In this document: in pieces, positions 10,270-21,108 of the stretch | Layout: each line of letters starts with the position of its first letter | Position numbering within the stretch: position 1 is the first letter of the stretch | NCBI GenBank assembly: GCA_046045965.1 | Contig: JBJOKS010000001.1 | Location: 64,001-128,000, forward strand | Length of the DNA stretch: 64,000 nucleotides | Direction of reading: 5' to 3' | Origin: Cyanobacteriota bacterium | GTDB lineage: Bacteria > Cyanobacteriota > Cyanobacteriia > Cyanobacteriales > Nostocaceae | Program-made: the position numbers and the translations under genes | Notes under the pieces: model-generated | What the model was told of the DNA's origin: nothing | What the model saw: the letters and a program-made list of their open reading frames with translations, nothing else | Database searches by the model: none

Positions 10270-10338
10270 AATTGACAATTGACAATTGACAATTGATAAT
10301 TAATAATTTTCCATTATCAATTATCCATTATCCATTAT
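10270..10338. repeat. STRR-type repeats (AATTGAC)n / (TATCCAT)n
   Basis: Direct reading in the nifE-nifN spacer. Confidence 0.7.
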
Positions 10339-10349
10339 CAATTTCTAAT

Positions 10350-11717
10350 TTACTCCCAAGGTGCTGGTTTACGAATTTGTTGCCAAATGGGACTATACAA
10401 AGCCTCATACAATTCTCTGGCCATTTCCACCATTCCCATATAACCAGCATAAGGATGATGACGTTCTTGGTTAATATCTAAAAAGGGAATTCTTGCCTTT
10501 AAAGCCGTGTACTGATTTCGACCACCAGCGATTAACATATCGGCTTTAGTATCTCTTACCAACTTCAGCAATTCTTGAGCATTACCTTTTTCTAACATAA
10601 TGCCATCATTGCCCAACAAATTCTTGATTTTGGCTTTATCTTCTTCTGTACTTTTGCGGGTACTTGTGGCAACAACTTCAATTCCTAAATCTTTAGCAGC
10701 GGAAATAATTGACCAACTTTTCACACCGCCAGTATATAAAACCACTCGCTTACCTTTCAGACGTTCTCGATAGGGAGCAAGAGCAATATCTAAAGCCGCA
10801 GTTTCATCGGCAATTAACTTTTCTGTCCGGGTTTGTAAATCAGGATCACCTAATTTAGCAGCAACAGTTCGCAGACAACGATTAATATCATCAATACCAT
10901 AAAAAGACTCTTCAATGTAAGGAATGCCGTAACGTTCCTCCATTTTCCGCGCCATGTTTAATAATGCCCGTGAGCAAATCATCACATTTAATTTAGCGCG
11001 GTGAGCATAACAAATTTCTTGATAGCGAGCATCACCAGTAATTTTTGATAAAACGCGAATGCCTAACTTTTCAAATAAAGGCAAAACGCCCCACATTTCA
11101 CCAGCAATATTGTACTCACCAATCAAATTAATATCATAAGGTGTAGTATATTCAGGTTCAGCAGTACCAACTACATAATCTAGTAAAGCTTCACCACCAA
11201 AACGATTCCCTAGATTTTTACTACCAATAAAACCCGGAGCAATGACAGGAACAACAGGAGTACCAATTTTCTCCGCCGCCACCTTACAAACTGCATCAAT
11301 ATCATCACCAATTAAAGCAGTTACGCAAGTAGCGTAAACAAAAACAGCCGCAGGTTTGTAGCGTTCATTAACTTCCAAAATTGCCTTATAAAGCTTTTTC
11401 TCACCACCGAAAATTACATCATTTTCACCAACATCAGTGGTAAAACCAGTCTTATAAAGCATTGGTCCTGAAGAAAGACTTCCACGACTTCCCCAAGAGT
11501 TACCAGCACAAGCAATAGGTCCATGAACCAAATGAGCAGCATCGGTAATAGGTACTAATGCAATCATTGCACCATCAAAAGCACAACCCCCTTGAGCAGC
11601 ACCTGGTTGAGCTTGTTGTGTACAAGATTTATTTTTCTTTTCTCCTTGTTTTTGTTGATTATGTTCGCATCCTGACTCACTAAGTAACTCGTTAATTTTG
11701 CTTTGGGTAATTTTCAT
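10350..11717 (-). CDS. nifE: FeMo-cofactor scaffold NifE
   Basis: [14 protein letters not shown] and YTGGVKSWS; start set at MKITQ. Confidence 0.96.
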   Translation of the reverse strand: MKITQSKINELLSESGCEHNQQKQGEKKNKSCTQQAQPGAAQGGCAFDGAMIALVPITDAAHLVHGPIACAGNSWGSRGSLSSGPMLYKTGFTTDVGENDVIFGGEKKLYKAILEVNERYKPAAVFVYATCVTALIGDDIDAVCKVAAEKIGTPVVPVIAPGFIGSKNLGNRFGGEALLDYVVGTAEPEYTTPYDINLIGEYNIAGEMWGVLPLFEKLGIRVLSKITGDARYQEICYAHRAKLNVMICSRALLNMARKMEERYGIPYIEESFYGIDDINRCLRTVAAKLGDPDLQTRTEKLIADETAALDIALAPYRERLKGKRVVLYTGGVKSWSIISAAKDLGIEVVATSTRKSTEEDKAKIKNLLGNDGIMLEKGNAQELLKLVRDTKADMLIAGGRNQYTALKARIPFLDINQERHHPYAGYMGMVEMARELYEALYSPIWQQIRKPAPWE

Positions 11718-11956
11718 CTCTCTTCTCGCGCTCAATGGAAGTTGTTAATTGAAATGTGAGCAAACCTAAATAGACTTCCTGCAAAACTCCTCTTTACACA
11801 AGATTCACACAGATGAAGTTTCAGAAAAGATGTCTATTTATCTGTAACGGAATTTTCATAACATCAATCCTTGATAATTGTCATTTTTGTTTCTTCAATA
11901 ATAATGACCAATGACTAATAACCAAAGAGTAAGGGGTAATGAGTAATAACTAATCT

Positions 11957-12283
11957 TTAGCAAATATATCTAGTCACATCTTCGCCACATTCATCAGCAA
12001 GATATGACAAAGCCCGAAATCGTAGAGCTACAACCTCGTTATACAAAGGATTGATTTTGCAAAGTGCTGGAATATGGAAAGTGCGACCAAATAAATTAAT
12101 GTCTCGCTCGAAAGGACAGCAGCAGGGAATTACCTGACAAATGAGATGAGCTAGACGATCATTTTTGATTTGGATTCCATCTAACAACCGTCGCAGAGGA
12201 TAGAGGATATCGAAAGAGCCGGGTTTTTTATAGTTAGGTGGATGATAGTTAGGGTGAGGATGGGAGTGATGAATAGATGCCAT
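11957..12283 (-). CDS. Mo-dependent nitrogenase C-terminal-domain protein
   Basis: CPFERDI.LFGR..HIPALCKINPLY...LRFRALSYLADECGEDV motif. Confidence 0.82.
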   Translation of the reverse strand: MASIHHSHPHPNYHPPNYKKPGSFDILYPLRRLLDGIQIKNDRLAHLICQVIPCCCPFERDINLFGRTFHIPALCKINPLYNEVVALRFRALSYLADECGEDVTRYIC

Positions 12284-12444
12284 AAGACAAACCTAAGATA
12301 ACTATAATTAAGAAAAGATTCAGTGAGGTAGAATTTGGGAAGTATTGGGAATTGGGAATTGGGAAATAATACCCAATCCCCATATATTCTTGAATCTTGT
12401 TTGTAGGTGGGGGAAACCCCAACCCTACATACTGACTGAAGAAA

Positions 12445-13980
12445 TTACCGAACTAAGTCGTAAGAAATATCGGTCTTACCAGCAACATTTGTGGTGCGAT
12501 CAATTTCTTCAAATACTGTGTTAACAATCCAGTTCAACAAGTTGATTACACCTTTGTAACCAACGGTAGCGTAGCGGTGGTAGTGGTGACGATCCATGAT
12601 AGGATAGCCAATTCTGACCAAAGGTACACCGCAATCACGCCATAGGTACTTACCGTAGGAGTTACCAATTAACAGGTCTACGGGTTCAGTGAACAACAAG
12701 GAGCGTAAGTGCCATAAGTCTTTACCACCCCAGATTTTAGCTCCCTTACCGAAGTCGCTAGAATCTAACAATGCTTGCAGTTCTTTTTCAAATACTTCGT
12801 TGGTGTTGTGAACCAAGATGTGTACTGGTTCAGCACCCATTTCCAACATGAAACCAACTACGCTGTAAACTAAGTCAGGATCACCGTAGATAGCGAAACG
12901 CTTGCCATGCAACCAAGCATGGGAGTCGGTCATAGCGTCAACTGCACGACCACGTTCGATTTCTAATTCTTCAGGAATAGCCTTACCAGTCAATTCGCTG
13001 AGTTTCATCAAGAACTCATCAGTTCCCTTGATACCCCAAGGACGAGAAACACAAACGTCTTGCTTCCATTCCTTAGCGATGTATTCACGGGTCTTGGAAG
13101 TGGAGTAAGCTTGGAGAGCAACAGTAGCCTTAGCGTTGATGGAATCTGCTGCATCTTCTAACTTAGTACCACCTGGGTACATATTGAATTCACCATCGTT
13201 AGGTGAGTCAACATAATCGCTGTTGTCAGATAACAAGGTGTAGTCAATACCCATCAAAGAAGCAATCCGCTTAATTTCGCGGTTGTTTTCTACGTAGGTG
13301 TCAAAACCAGGAATGAAGTTGATTTTACCGTTGCTCTTAGCTGTCTTTTTACCTGCGGTCAAGGTAGAAAGAATTCCCTTCATCATGTTGTCATAACCAG
13401 TGATGTGGGAACCAACGAAGCTAGGTGTGTGAGCAAATGGTACTGGTAAATCTTGAGGAACTGAACCAGCTTCCTTAGCATTACCGATGAAAGACTGTAA
13501 GTCATCACCGATAACTTCTGCCATACAGGTGGTGCAAACAGCAATCATTTTAGGATTGTATAGCTTGTAGGAGTTAGCCAAGCCATCAATCATGTTTTGC
13601 AAACCACCGAACACAGCAGCGTCTTCAGTCATGGAAGAAGAAACGCCGGAGAATGGTTCTTTGTAGTGACGGGTTAAGTGTGTACGGAAGTAAGCCACGC
13701 AACCTTGAGAACCTTGAACGAAGGGAAGAGTGCCTTCAAAACCCACAGCAGCGAACATAGCACCTAAAGGCTGACAACCTTTAGCGGGGTTAACGGTCAA
13801 AGCTTCACGAGCGAAGTTCTTTTCACGATATTCCCAGCTTTTTGTCCATTCTGCAACCCGTTGAACTTCTTCGGGGCTGTGACCATTCTCGAATTCTTTC
13901 TTGTTTTGGAATAATTGTTGGTATTCTGGCTGCTGGAATAGCTCAACGTGATCCTTAATATTTTCTGGATTCTGAGGCAT
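12445..13980 (-). CDS. nifK: Nitrogenase MoFe protein beta chain
   Basis: [21 protein letters not shown] and SYDLVR end; start MPQNPE with GGAG RBS. Confidence 0.97.
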   Translation of the reverse strand: MPQNPENIKDHVELFQQPEYQQLFQNKKEFENGHSPEEVQRVAEWTKSWEYREKNFAREALTVNPAKGCQPLGAMFAAVGFEGTLPFVQGSQGCVAYFRTHLTRHYKEPFSGVSSSMTEDAAVFGGLQNMIDGLANSYKLYNPKMIAVCTTCMAEVIGDDLQSFIGNAKEAGSVPQDLPVPFAHTPSFVGSHITGYDNMMKGILSTLTAGKKTAKSNGKINFIPGFDTYVENNREIKRIASLMGIDYTLLSDNSDYVDSPNDGEFNMYPGGTKLEDAADSINAKATVALQAYSTSKTREYIAKEWKQDVCVSRPWGIKGTDEFLMKLSELTGKAIPEELEIERGRAVDAMTDSHAWLHGKRFAIYGDPDLVYSVVGFMLEMGAEPVHILVHNTNEVFEKELQALLDSSDFGKGAKIWGGKDLWHLRSLLFTEPVDLLIGNSYGKYLWRDCGVPLVRIGYPIMDRHHYHRYATVGYKGVINLLNWIVNTVFEEIDRTTNVAGKTDISYDLVR

Positions 13981-14192
13981 TTCTAGTTCTCCAAGCTTGC
14001 TGTGTGTTGTGTTTGCGGTCGGTGGGGTGTCTCTGCCCGTTTTTGGTGGAGAGTGGGGAATGTGGCTCAAAATTCAGAATGCAAAATTCAAAACTTAGAA
14101 TTTTTAATTTTGAATCTTGAATTCCCAACTCCCCCCTGGGGACAAACCCCAGGCTTTCCCTGTACGGGCAGGGTTTGCCCCTATTCTGTTTC

Positions 14193-14339
14193 CTAGACGG
14201 CTGCTTTAGCTCTTAATGCTTTCTTTGCAGACTTGTTCCAGGGAGCGCCGATTAATCCCCAGGTTGGGCTGTTGAGTGCTAAATCCATGTCACGAGCGAA
14301 GATTGCGAATCCGTCGTAACCGTGGTAAGGACCGGAGTA
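14193..14339 (-). CDS. nifD: nifD 3' segment (48 aa), joined to the 5' segment after excision
   Basis: Manual translation [48 protein letters not shown]. Confidence 0.95.
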   Translation of the reverse strand, partial: YSGPYHGYDGFAIFARDMDLALNSPTWGLIGAPWNKSAKKALRAKAAV

Positions 14340-14370
14340 TTTATTTTTTTGGTTTAATAGTTTTTAATTC

Positions 14371-14447
14371 TGCTATGTTTGCAGTGAGCAATGTTAGCAC
14401 TAAACTATGTTTGCATTTGACATATTTATTTTGAGGCTAAACATAGT
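14371..14447 (+). promoter_or_regulatory. Putative NtcA and/or XisA sites upstream of xisA
   Basis: TGT-N9-ACA at 14408-14422, CTATGTTTGCA twice, and inverted CTATGTTT / AAACATAG. Confidence 0.4.
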
Positions 14448-14504
14448 CTAAAGGATTAAGAATTAAGTTTCGCGCAAAGGCGCGGAGGAGCAAAGGCGCA
14501 AAGG

Positions 14505-15809
14505 ATGATGAAAGAATTATTATGGGAGTTGGAGCAAGTAAATCTGCGTTTGAAGTCTGCAAAGACCAGAGTTACCATTCGAGAATCTAATAGATGTCTG
14601 CAATTACGGGCAACTTTACCTATGAAACCAGGTGACGCAGATATCAGGAAAACAGGTAAAAAGCAATACAACATCAGTTTAAACATTCCCGCTAACCTGG
14701 AGGGATTAAAAACCGCAGAAGAAGAAGCTTATGAACTAGGAAAATTAATAGCAAGAAAAACTTTTGTTTGGAATGAGAAATATTTAGGTAAGGAAGCGAT
14801 AAAAAGTGATGTAGCAACTATTGGGAAATTATTAGCACAGTTTGAAAGTGAATATTTTAAAACCCATAAACGTACAACTAAAAGTGAGCATACTTTCTTT
14901 TATTATTATACTCGAATCAAACGTTATACCAAAGCTGATGATTTAGCAATTGGGGAAAATTTTATTCATGCGATTGAGAAAATAGATAAAGAATGGGCAA
15001 GATATAACGCTGTGAGAGCAATTTCTGTATTTTGTCAACTTTTCAAGATTGAAATTAATTTAACTAATTATGCTAAAACGCCAGAAACTAACTCTCGTAA
15101 TATTCCCACAGATAAAGAAATAGTCGCAGGATTTTACAAATTTGAGGAATATGAAAATAACAGAGGTAAACAAGTTAATCCAGATGTCAAAGATAGCTGG
15201 TTACTTTGGCGATGGGTTTATGGAATGTTGGCGGTTTTCGGTTTACGTCCTCGTGAACTTTTTATCAATCCTGATGTTGATTGGTGGTTGAGTAATGAAA
15301 ATATAGATTTAACATGGAAAGTTGATAAAGATTGTAAAACTGGAGAACGGGAAGCTTTACCTTTATATAAAGAATGGATTGATGAATTTGATTTAAGGAA
15401 TCCTCAGTATTTAGAAATGTTGGTGACAGCGATTAGTAAAAAAGATAAAAATAATCATGCAGAAATTACAGCTTTAATTCAAAGAGTTAGCTGGTGGTTT
15501 AGAAAAATTGGTTTAGATTTTAAACCTTATGATTTACGGCATGGTTGGGCAATTAGAGCGCATATTTTAGGGATTCCCATTAAAGCAGCAGCAGATAATT
15601 TAGGTCATAGTGTGCAGATTCACACGAAAACTTATCAACGTTGGTTTTCTTTGGATATGCGGAAGTTAGCAATAAATCAGGCTTTGAGTAAGCGGAATGA
15701 GGTTGAGGTGATTAAGGATGAAAATTTGGTTTTGAAGATGGAGAATGACAGGTTAAAGATTGAGTTAGAAAAGTTAAAGATGGAAATGATTTATAAAGGT
15801 AGCTTTTAG
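14505..15809 (+). CDS. xisA: Tyrosine recombinase XisA
   Basis: GLRPRE, YDLRHGWA and LGHS...HTKTY catalytic motifs; adjacent to the nifD repeat. Confidence 0.93.
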   Translation: MMKELLWELEQVNLRLKSAKTRVTIRESNRCLQLRATLPMKPGDADIRKTGKKQYNISLNIPANLEGLKTAEEEAYELGKLIARKTFVWNEKYLGKEAIKSDVATIGKLLAQFESEYFKTHKRTTKSEHTFFYYYTRIKRYTKADDLAIGENFIHAIEKIDKEWARYNAVRAISVFCQLFKIEINLTNYAKTPETNSRNIPTDKEIVAGFYKFEEYENNRGKQVNPDVKDSWLLWRWVYGMLAVFGLRPRELFINPDVDWWLSNENIDLTWKVDKDCKTGEREALPLYKEWIDEFDLRNPQYLEMLVTAISKKDKNNHAEITALIQRVSWWFRKIGLDFKPYDLRHGWAIRAHILGIPIKAAADNLGHSVQIHTKTYQRWFSLDMRKLAINQALSKRNEVEVIKDENLVLKMENDRLKIELEKLKMEMIYKGSF

Positions 15810-15857
15810 TATTTGATATGTTATGATTACAAGATATCAAAAAATATATTTTCAGGG

Positions 15858-16808
15858 ATGAACTACCAAAGAAACTCAGATTATGACAGCGCATGGAAAG
15901 AAGCGATTACAGTTTATCTTGAACAATTCATAGAATATTGTTTTCCTGAAGTTTATCAAGATATTGACTGGGAAAAAGGATATGAAACTCTAGACACAGA
16001 ATTACAAGAACTAATTAGAGATGCAGAAACAGGAAGACGTTTAGCGGATAAACTGGTAAAAGTCACCCTGCGAAATGGAGAAAAAGCTTTAGTTCTTATC
16101 CACATAGAAATACAAGGACAAGAACAAGACGATTTTGCAGAAAGGATGTATATTTATAATCATCGTTTATTTGATCGCTATCGTCTTAAAGTCTTTAGTT
16201 TCGCTGTCTTAGGAGATGATAACCCCAATTGGAAACCAACATCTTATGGTTATAGTCAGTGGGGGTTTACAACTAATTTACAATTTCCCAGTGTTAAACT
16301 ATTAGATTATAGCCATGATACCCTAGCACAAAGTAATAATCCTTTTGCTATCATCATTATGGCACATTTACAAACCCAAGCCACTCAAGGTAATTCACAA
16401 CAAAGATTTCAGTTAAAATTAAGTCTAGTGAAACGACTTTATGACTTGGGTTATACCGGAGAAATGATTCGTCAATTATTCCGGTTTATTGAATGGATGA
16501 TGACATTACCCCCAATACTGCAATCTGATTTCAAGACTGAATTAAACCGTTATGAGGAGGGAAAACGTATGCCATTTTTGACTAGCTTTGAAATTGATGG
16601 AATCAGGAAAGGAAGTTTACAAACTTCTCGTGAGTTAATGATTGAAGTTCTAGAAATGCGATTTGGCAATGTATCAGATGAGTTGAAAAATCAGATTAAT
16701 TCTTTGGAAGATTTGCAATTGTTAAAAAGTCTTCATAAACAGGCAATTACTATTGCTTCCGTGGAGGATTTTGAACAGTTATTAGTATCAAGTCAAGAAG
16801 ATAATTAA
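15858..16808 (+). CDS. Rpn/YhgA-like PD-(D/E)XK protein
   Basis: DSAWKE, ADKLVKV, HIEIQGQ and FAERMYIY. Confidence 0.75.
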   Translation: MNYQRNSDYDSAWKEAITVYLEQFIEYCFPEVYQDIDWEKGYETLDTELQELIRDAETGRRLADKLVKVTLRNGEKALVLIHIEIQGQEQDDFAERMYIYNHRLFDRYRLKVFSFAVLGDDNPNWKPTSYGYSQWGFTTNLQFPSVKLLDYSHDTLAQSNNPFAIIIMAHLQTQATQGNSQQRFQLKLSLVKRLYDLGYTGEMIRQLFRFIEWMMTLPPILQSDFKTELNRYEEGKRMPFLTSFEIDGIRKGSLQTSRELMIEVLEMRFGNVSDELKNQINSLEDLQLLKSLHKQAITIASVEDFEQLLVSSQEDN

Positions 16809-16889
16809 TTATCTGTGGGTTGGGTGGATTTAGGTGAAACCCAACCTGATAACCAAAAAATAAAAAACCATCAAATTATTTGAAGGCTT

Positions 16890-17099
16890 CGATTTGATCA
16901 GAGTAAACATCAATTTGGCTGCAAATTGCATACAAGCATAAATATCTTCTCGGTTTAAAGATGGGTATTCTTCCAAAATTTATTCTATAGAATCACCTGC
17001 TCCTAAAAATTCCATAATTGTTTGTACAGTAATTCGAGTGTTAGTAATAATCGGTTTACCGTTGCAAATGTCTGGATGAATAGTTATTCGCTGTTGCAT
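16890..17099 (-). pseudogene. DUF433 antitoxin-like pseudogene
   Basis: MQQRITIHPDICNGKPIITNTRITV...GDSIE*ILEEYPSLNREDIYAC with an in-frame TAA at 16980-16982. Confidence 0.75.
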
Positions 17100-17279
17100 A
17101 ACTGTTTTTCCTTTTTATAAACCTAGTTTTAAGTTAGCTAATAATATTATTTTACGTGATTGTTAGCAAATTGTCATCATTTTTGAATAAAAGATAACCG
17201 GAGTTAAGTTTAATTAATCAAGAATATGACTTTTGTGAGGTGTGGTATCATTTATTAATGAACAATCATCAAAATCTTT

Positions 17280-17381
17280 ATGCAAGCCACCGATATTGGA
17301 ACACTGATTATTAAGTCACCAGAAACTTTAGGAGGTCGCCCTCGTATTACTGGTACTAGGGTTTCTGTACAACATTGTTAA
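17280..17381 (+). pseudogene. DUF433 N-terminal fragment
   Basis: MQATDIGTLIIKSPETLGGRPRITGTRVSVQHC*. Confidence 0.65.
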
Positions 17382-17461
17382 AATATATTTAGCTAAGTAA
17401 TAATATCAAAAATTTTAGAGTATAAATTAAGGATAGTAATTTTTCGTAAAACTCTAAAATC

Positions 17462-17896
17462 ATGAATAAACCTTTACTAGCCCTAATCGTTGCGGCTACA
17501 ACTAATTGCCCTTTAGTAAGCGTGGCGGGACACTATTCGTTTGACTTACGCACAGAACAAGCTTCATCTTGGCGTACAGGTTCTAAACCTGGTTGTCGAA
17601 AAACTGGTGAAACTGTTACTAGTGGTATTGCCAATGGAATAAAAGTTAACCCTGATGGAATTATGGAAGCTGATAAAGTTGTTTGGTCAGGAGGACGCGA
17701 AAGCGGAGGAGTATTTGGAGGACGAGTAGAACCAGATTCTGAACCAATGCAGTGGTTTGCAAGTGCTGGAGATGTTGAAATGAAAGGCACTTGGCGTAAA
17801 GGACAACTATCTGGTGAATTTGTCCAACGCTTTATTGAAAACGGCAAAGAAATTGAATGTCGCGGCAAAGTTAGTGGGTTTAAAAAAAGCAAATAG
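17462..17896 (+). CDS. Secreted hypothetical protein
   Basis: Signal-peptide-like N-terminus; first of four co-oriented ORFs. Confidence 0.7.
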   Translation: MNKPLLALIVAATTNCPLVSVAGHYSFDLRTEQASSWRTGSKPGCRKTGETVTSGIANGIKVNPDGIMEADKVVWSGGRESGGVFGGRVEPDSEPMQWFASAGDVEMKGTWRKGQLSGEFVQRFIENGKEIECRGKVSGFKKSK

Positions 17897-17909
17897 GCGT
17901 CAATTAATC

Positions 17910-18650
17910 ATGTTTAACTTTCGATTTTTTTCTCAAAATATTATAGCGGCTTCTACTATTTTTTTATTAGGGGCAATATTTCCAGTGAATGCTGTAGAGG
18001 TTTTCGGCGAAGTTAATAATCCTCTTGCCAAAGTTCCTCTTATTCACCAAAAAGAATTAAATTCGCAATCCGTCCAATTAGCTCAAGGTTATAAAAATCA
18101 ATCTGTGACAGTCTTTGGCAGGACAAATTGCCCCATTACTCAACTATTAATGAAGGAATTAAAATCAAAGAAAATTCCTTATACCTTCAAAAGTGTTGAT
18201 CTTAAAGCAACAGATGAAGAAATTGCTCAATTATCTTTTGAAAATAATACTAATTTGCCCAGTAGCTACCGTTTACCAGCCGTAGAAGTTAATAACACAA
18301 TAATGATTTCATCTAATGGTGTAAGGATTGATCAGGTGTTAGCAGAATTATCTAGATCGCCTAAATCGTCTCAATCTGCTATCCGAAATTCTCAAGTAAA
18401 TCCCGTCATTATTTACACAAAGCAAAATGATAACTACTCGCAGAAAATAATCAAAGGGTTGCAAAGAAGGGGAATCACTTTCTCTGTCAAAGATTTAGAA
18501 AATCCAGCCATAGAAAAAGAATTTTGGGCTTTACTAAAACAAAATAATTACGGGGCAAAAAAAGTAGATATACCTGTACTTTCTGTTAATAATCAGACGA
18601 TGATATACCCGAATTTTCAAGAGATTTTAGCAAAATTATCTCAGAATTAA
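17910..18650 (+). CDS. Secreted protein with two glutaredoxin-like domains
   Basis: VTVFGRTNCPIT...IPYTFKSVD...LPAVEVN and IIYTK...GITFSVKDL...IPVLSVN; hydrophobic N-terminus. Confidence 0.7.
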   Translation: MFNFRFFSQNIIAASTIFLLGAIFPVNAVEVFGEVNNPLAKVPLIHQKELNSQSVQLAQGYKNQSVTVFGRTNCPITQLLMKELKSKKIPYTFKSVDLKATDEEIAQLSFENNTNLPSSYRLPAVEVNNTIMISSNGVRIDQVLAELSRSPKSSQSAIRNSQVNPVIIYTKQNDNYSQKIIKGLQRRGITFSVKDLENPAIEKEFWALLKQNNYGAKKVDIPVLSVNNQTMIYPNFQEILAKLSQN

Positions 18651-18666
18651 CTTGGAGTAAAAGGAC

Positions 18667-19374
18667 ATGAAAAATTTCTCTATTTTACTATTGACAATCT
18701 TAGGGTTCATGTTGCTGCAATCCTCTCCAACCCTAGCATCTGGTTTTGTTTATTATCGAGAGGTAAAATCCAATAATCTTTTAGAATGTTCTACTAATCA
18801 GCAAATTGAAGTCAATAGAGGTGGGGGAGATGCGTCTCATGTCGGTGCAGGCCACTTATTAATTTGTTTAGATGGCGATCGCCAGGCCAAGTGGATCATT
18901 TACTCGTATTTGACTTGTCAATCCTCAAATATAAGATCCCAAAATTGTCCAATTTCTAACTATTTAATTCCTGGTAATCGAGCTAATCAATCTCAAGATA
19001 ATTCCTATATTTTTAAGCCATCAAAAACTGGCATTGGATTCAACTGTAAAACTGTGAAAAATGAGGATAAATATGGCTCAATTTCCTATAAATGGTCTTG
19101 TGAAAAATATACTGCAAAGCAAAATTTAACGATAAAAACTAAAGGAAGCGATCGGCTGCAAGGAACTCGTGACCTTTTTCAGAAATACGGAAAAATCCCA
19201 GATATATTTCAATTAGATACATCCTCAGATAATCCTAGTTGTAAACAATCAGATTCTTGCTCAGAGGACTATTCTGAATTAGGAGAAAGTAAAAGAAATC
19301 CTGATCCCAGAATTTATACTGACTGTCGAGGTGACGCTAAATTTTGTAATTATTACTATAATCTTTCTCCATAA
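18667..19374 (+). CDS. Secreted Cys-rich hypothetical protein
   Basis: Signal peptide, 10 Cys, GGAG/AGGA RBS. Confidence 0.72.
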   Translation: MKNFSILLLTILGFMLLQSSPTLASGFVYYREVKSNNLLECSTNQQIEVNRGGGDASHVGAGHLLICLDGDRQAKWIIYSYLTCQSSNIRSQNCPISNYLIPGNRANQSQDNSYIFKPSKTGIGFNCKTVKNEDKYGSISYKWSCEKYTAKQNLTIKTKGSDRLQGTRDLFQKYGKIPDIFQLDTSSDNPSCKQSDSCSEDYSELGESKRNPDPRIYTDCRGDAKFCNYYYNLSP

Positions 19375-19424
19375 AGAGTCAATTTTTACAAAGTCATAAC
19401 AATCCAAACATAGGGTAAATCAAC

Positions 19425-20165
19425 ATGGCATCAAATACATCTCCCTCCGATTTAAGTGAAAAATATCAACTAACATTTATCACAGGAGAAGCTCAAGGAA
19501 CAACAACTTGGTCAGAAACCCATGTGAGTGGTTCTGGTTATTCCCATGTTTATCAAGGAACTGGTAGTGGATCAATGCACGTTTCCTCAAAAGTTAATAC
19601 TCGTCATCGCTTTTATTTAATTGCTGATAATGGTGGTGAAGTAGAGATGGATACGACAGGTCTCGATTTTAATGTTCGTGATAGTCATCGTGTGACTGGA
19701 GTATGGTGTCGAGAGTTAAATGATAAAGAAAATAAGTTAATTTTTTTATATAATTACAACACAGGAATTAAAGTTATTCCTAAAAATTATCGTTCACTGT
19801 TAGAGGTTAATAAAAGTAATCCTAAAGTGGTTGCTGCTTGTCTTTTAGCAGTTTGTGAATTAATCGTCATACCCTTATCTTTTGTGATTGCTTCCCTAGC
19901 TGTTAGACCACTGATTTTTCTCTTATCCTTTGTTTTGCAGATTCCTGTAATATCGTGGTTATTAATGGCAATTATAGCTTTAATTAGTTTGGGAATAACA
20001 GCTACTATTGCCTTTATTGCCTCTAGATTTCTTTGGTATAAGATAATTCAATATTTGATCAACTCAAAAAGAAATCATAACGAAGTATGTGAATGGATAA
20101 CTAATAGTATTGATAATCATATCAATACTGAAATCATCCGTGTGAATCAGAATCAGCCAGAATGA
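19425..20165 (+). CDS. Membrane hypothetical protein
   Basis: Ser/Gly-rich N-terminal region followed by a long hydrophobic stretch. Confidence 0.72.
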   Translation: MASNTSPSDLSEKYQLTFITGEAQGTTTWSETHVSGSGYSHVYQGTGSGSMHVSSKVNTRHRFYLIADNGGEVEMDTTGLDFNVRDSHRVTGVWCRELNDKENKLIFLYNYNTGIKVIPKNYRSLLEVNKSNPKVVAACLLAVCELIVIPLSFVIASLAVRPLIFLLSFVLQIPVISWLLMAIIALISLGITATIAFIASRFLWYKIIQYLINSKRNHNEVCEWITNSIDNHINTEIIRVNQNQPE

Positions 20166-20242
20166 TGTTTGACTTATTGAAGCTTCACTAACGCACAATC
20201 ATAAAAATTGTGGAAAAATAGAAATATAAAATTCTCTCTACC

Positions 20243-20467
20243 ATGACAATTATGAACGCCATAGAACTATTTCCCACCCTGCGAAATTTAACTCGTGCAG
20301 ATAAGCTAAAAGTTATGCAGTTTCTAGTATCAGAATTAGCTAAAGATGAAGAACCATCATTAGAACAGGGAGCAACTTATTCTATTGTATCCCCGCTAAA
20401 TTCTCATGCAGCAGCACATCAACTTGCCCAACTACTAGAAGCTGATAAACAAAAGGAATATGAATAA
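20243..20467 (+). CDS. Small hypothetical protein (antitoxin-like)
   Basis: L..LTRADKL.VMQFLVSELA pattern seen in small cyanobacterial TA-associated proteins. Confidence 0.6.
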   Translation: MTIMNAIELFPTLRNLTRADKLKVMQFLVSELAKDEEPSLEQGATYSIVSPLNSHAAAHQLAQLLEADKQKEYE

Positions 20468-20711
20468 AGTCATTGGTGTATTAATTGAAAATTATGAAAA
20501 TGAACATATTCCTGAATTATTGTGATTTATAAAAATAATTAGCTGTAATCATTTTATCTGAGTGAAGAAAATTACAGAATTGAAAGCGATCGCACTTCCC
20601 AAACTCCAAACCCTAAAGAGCGATCGCACGGTAAGCTCTGCTAACGCACCTTTATAATGTCAGTTTAGAATAAAGTGCTACAATGTAGATACGGAAATTA
20701 CATAATTTTTT

Positions 20712-21017
20712 ATGGCAGACATTACCTTCATAGACAAAAATCAAATCACCGAAATCATCAACACATCCAACCGCTTGAAATATCTGATACTGTTTACTTA
20801 TCAAGTACCTATAGAAGATATCGTTGAAACAGGAGAAATAATTCAAGTCAAACGCCAAACAGCCAAAATAATGTGGGGACAAATTAAATTTATTGACACC
20901 CAAGCAGAACCCAGAGAAGCATTTTCCAGAATTTGTATAGGTTTAGGTTCTAATATTCAATGTTTAATTACCTTTGATTATTGGGCGGATCAAGCAGAAC
21001 AATTAACACCAGTTTGA
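20712..21017 (+). CDS. Hypothetical protein
   Basis: 101-aa ATG ORF co-oriented with the element cargo. Confidence 0.55.
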   Translation: MADITFIDKNQITEIINTSNRLKYLILFTYQVPIEDIVETGEIIQVKRQTAKIMWGQIKFIDTQAEPREAFSRICIGLGSNIQCLITFDYWADQAEQLTPV

Positions 21018-21108
21018 CATGAAGTGATGCGGAGTTTAACACTAGGTTTATATATTCGTGATCCGCGTACTGGTTTAGCTTATCCTGATTAGAGGAAAAC
21101 AAAATCAA

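Noticed and set aside
13981..14070. 30-aa N-terminal extension of NifK in the ORF track
   Set aside because: The canonical MPQN start at 13980 has a good RBS; the extension is intergenic sequence
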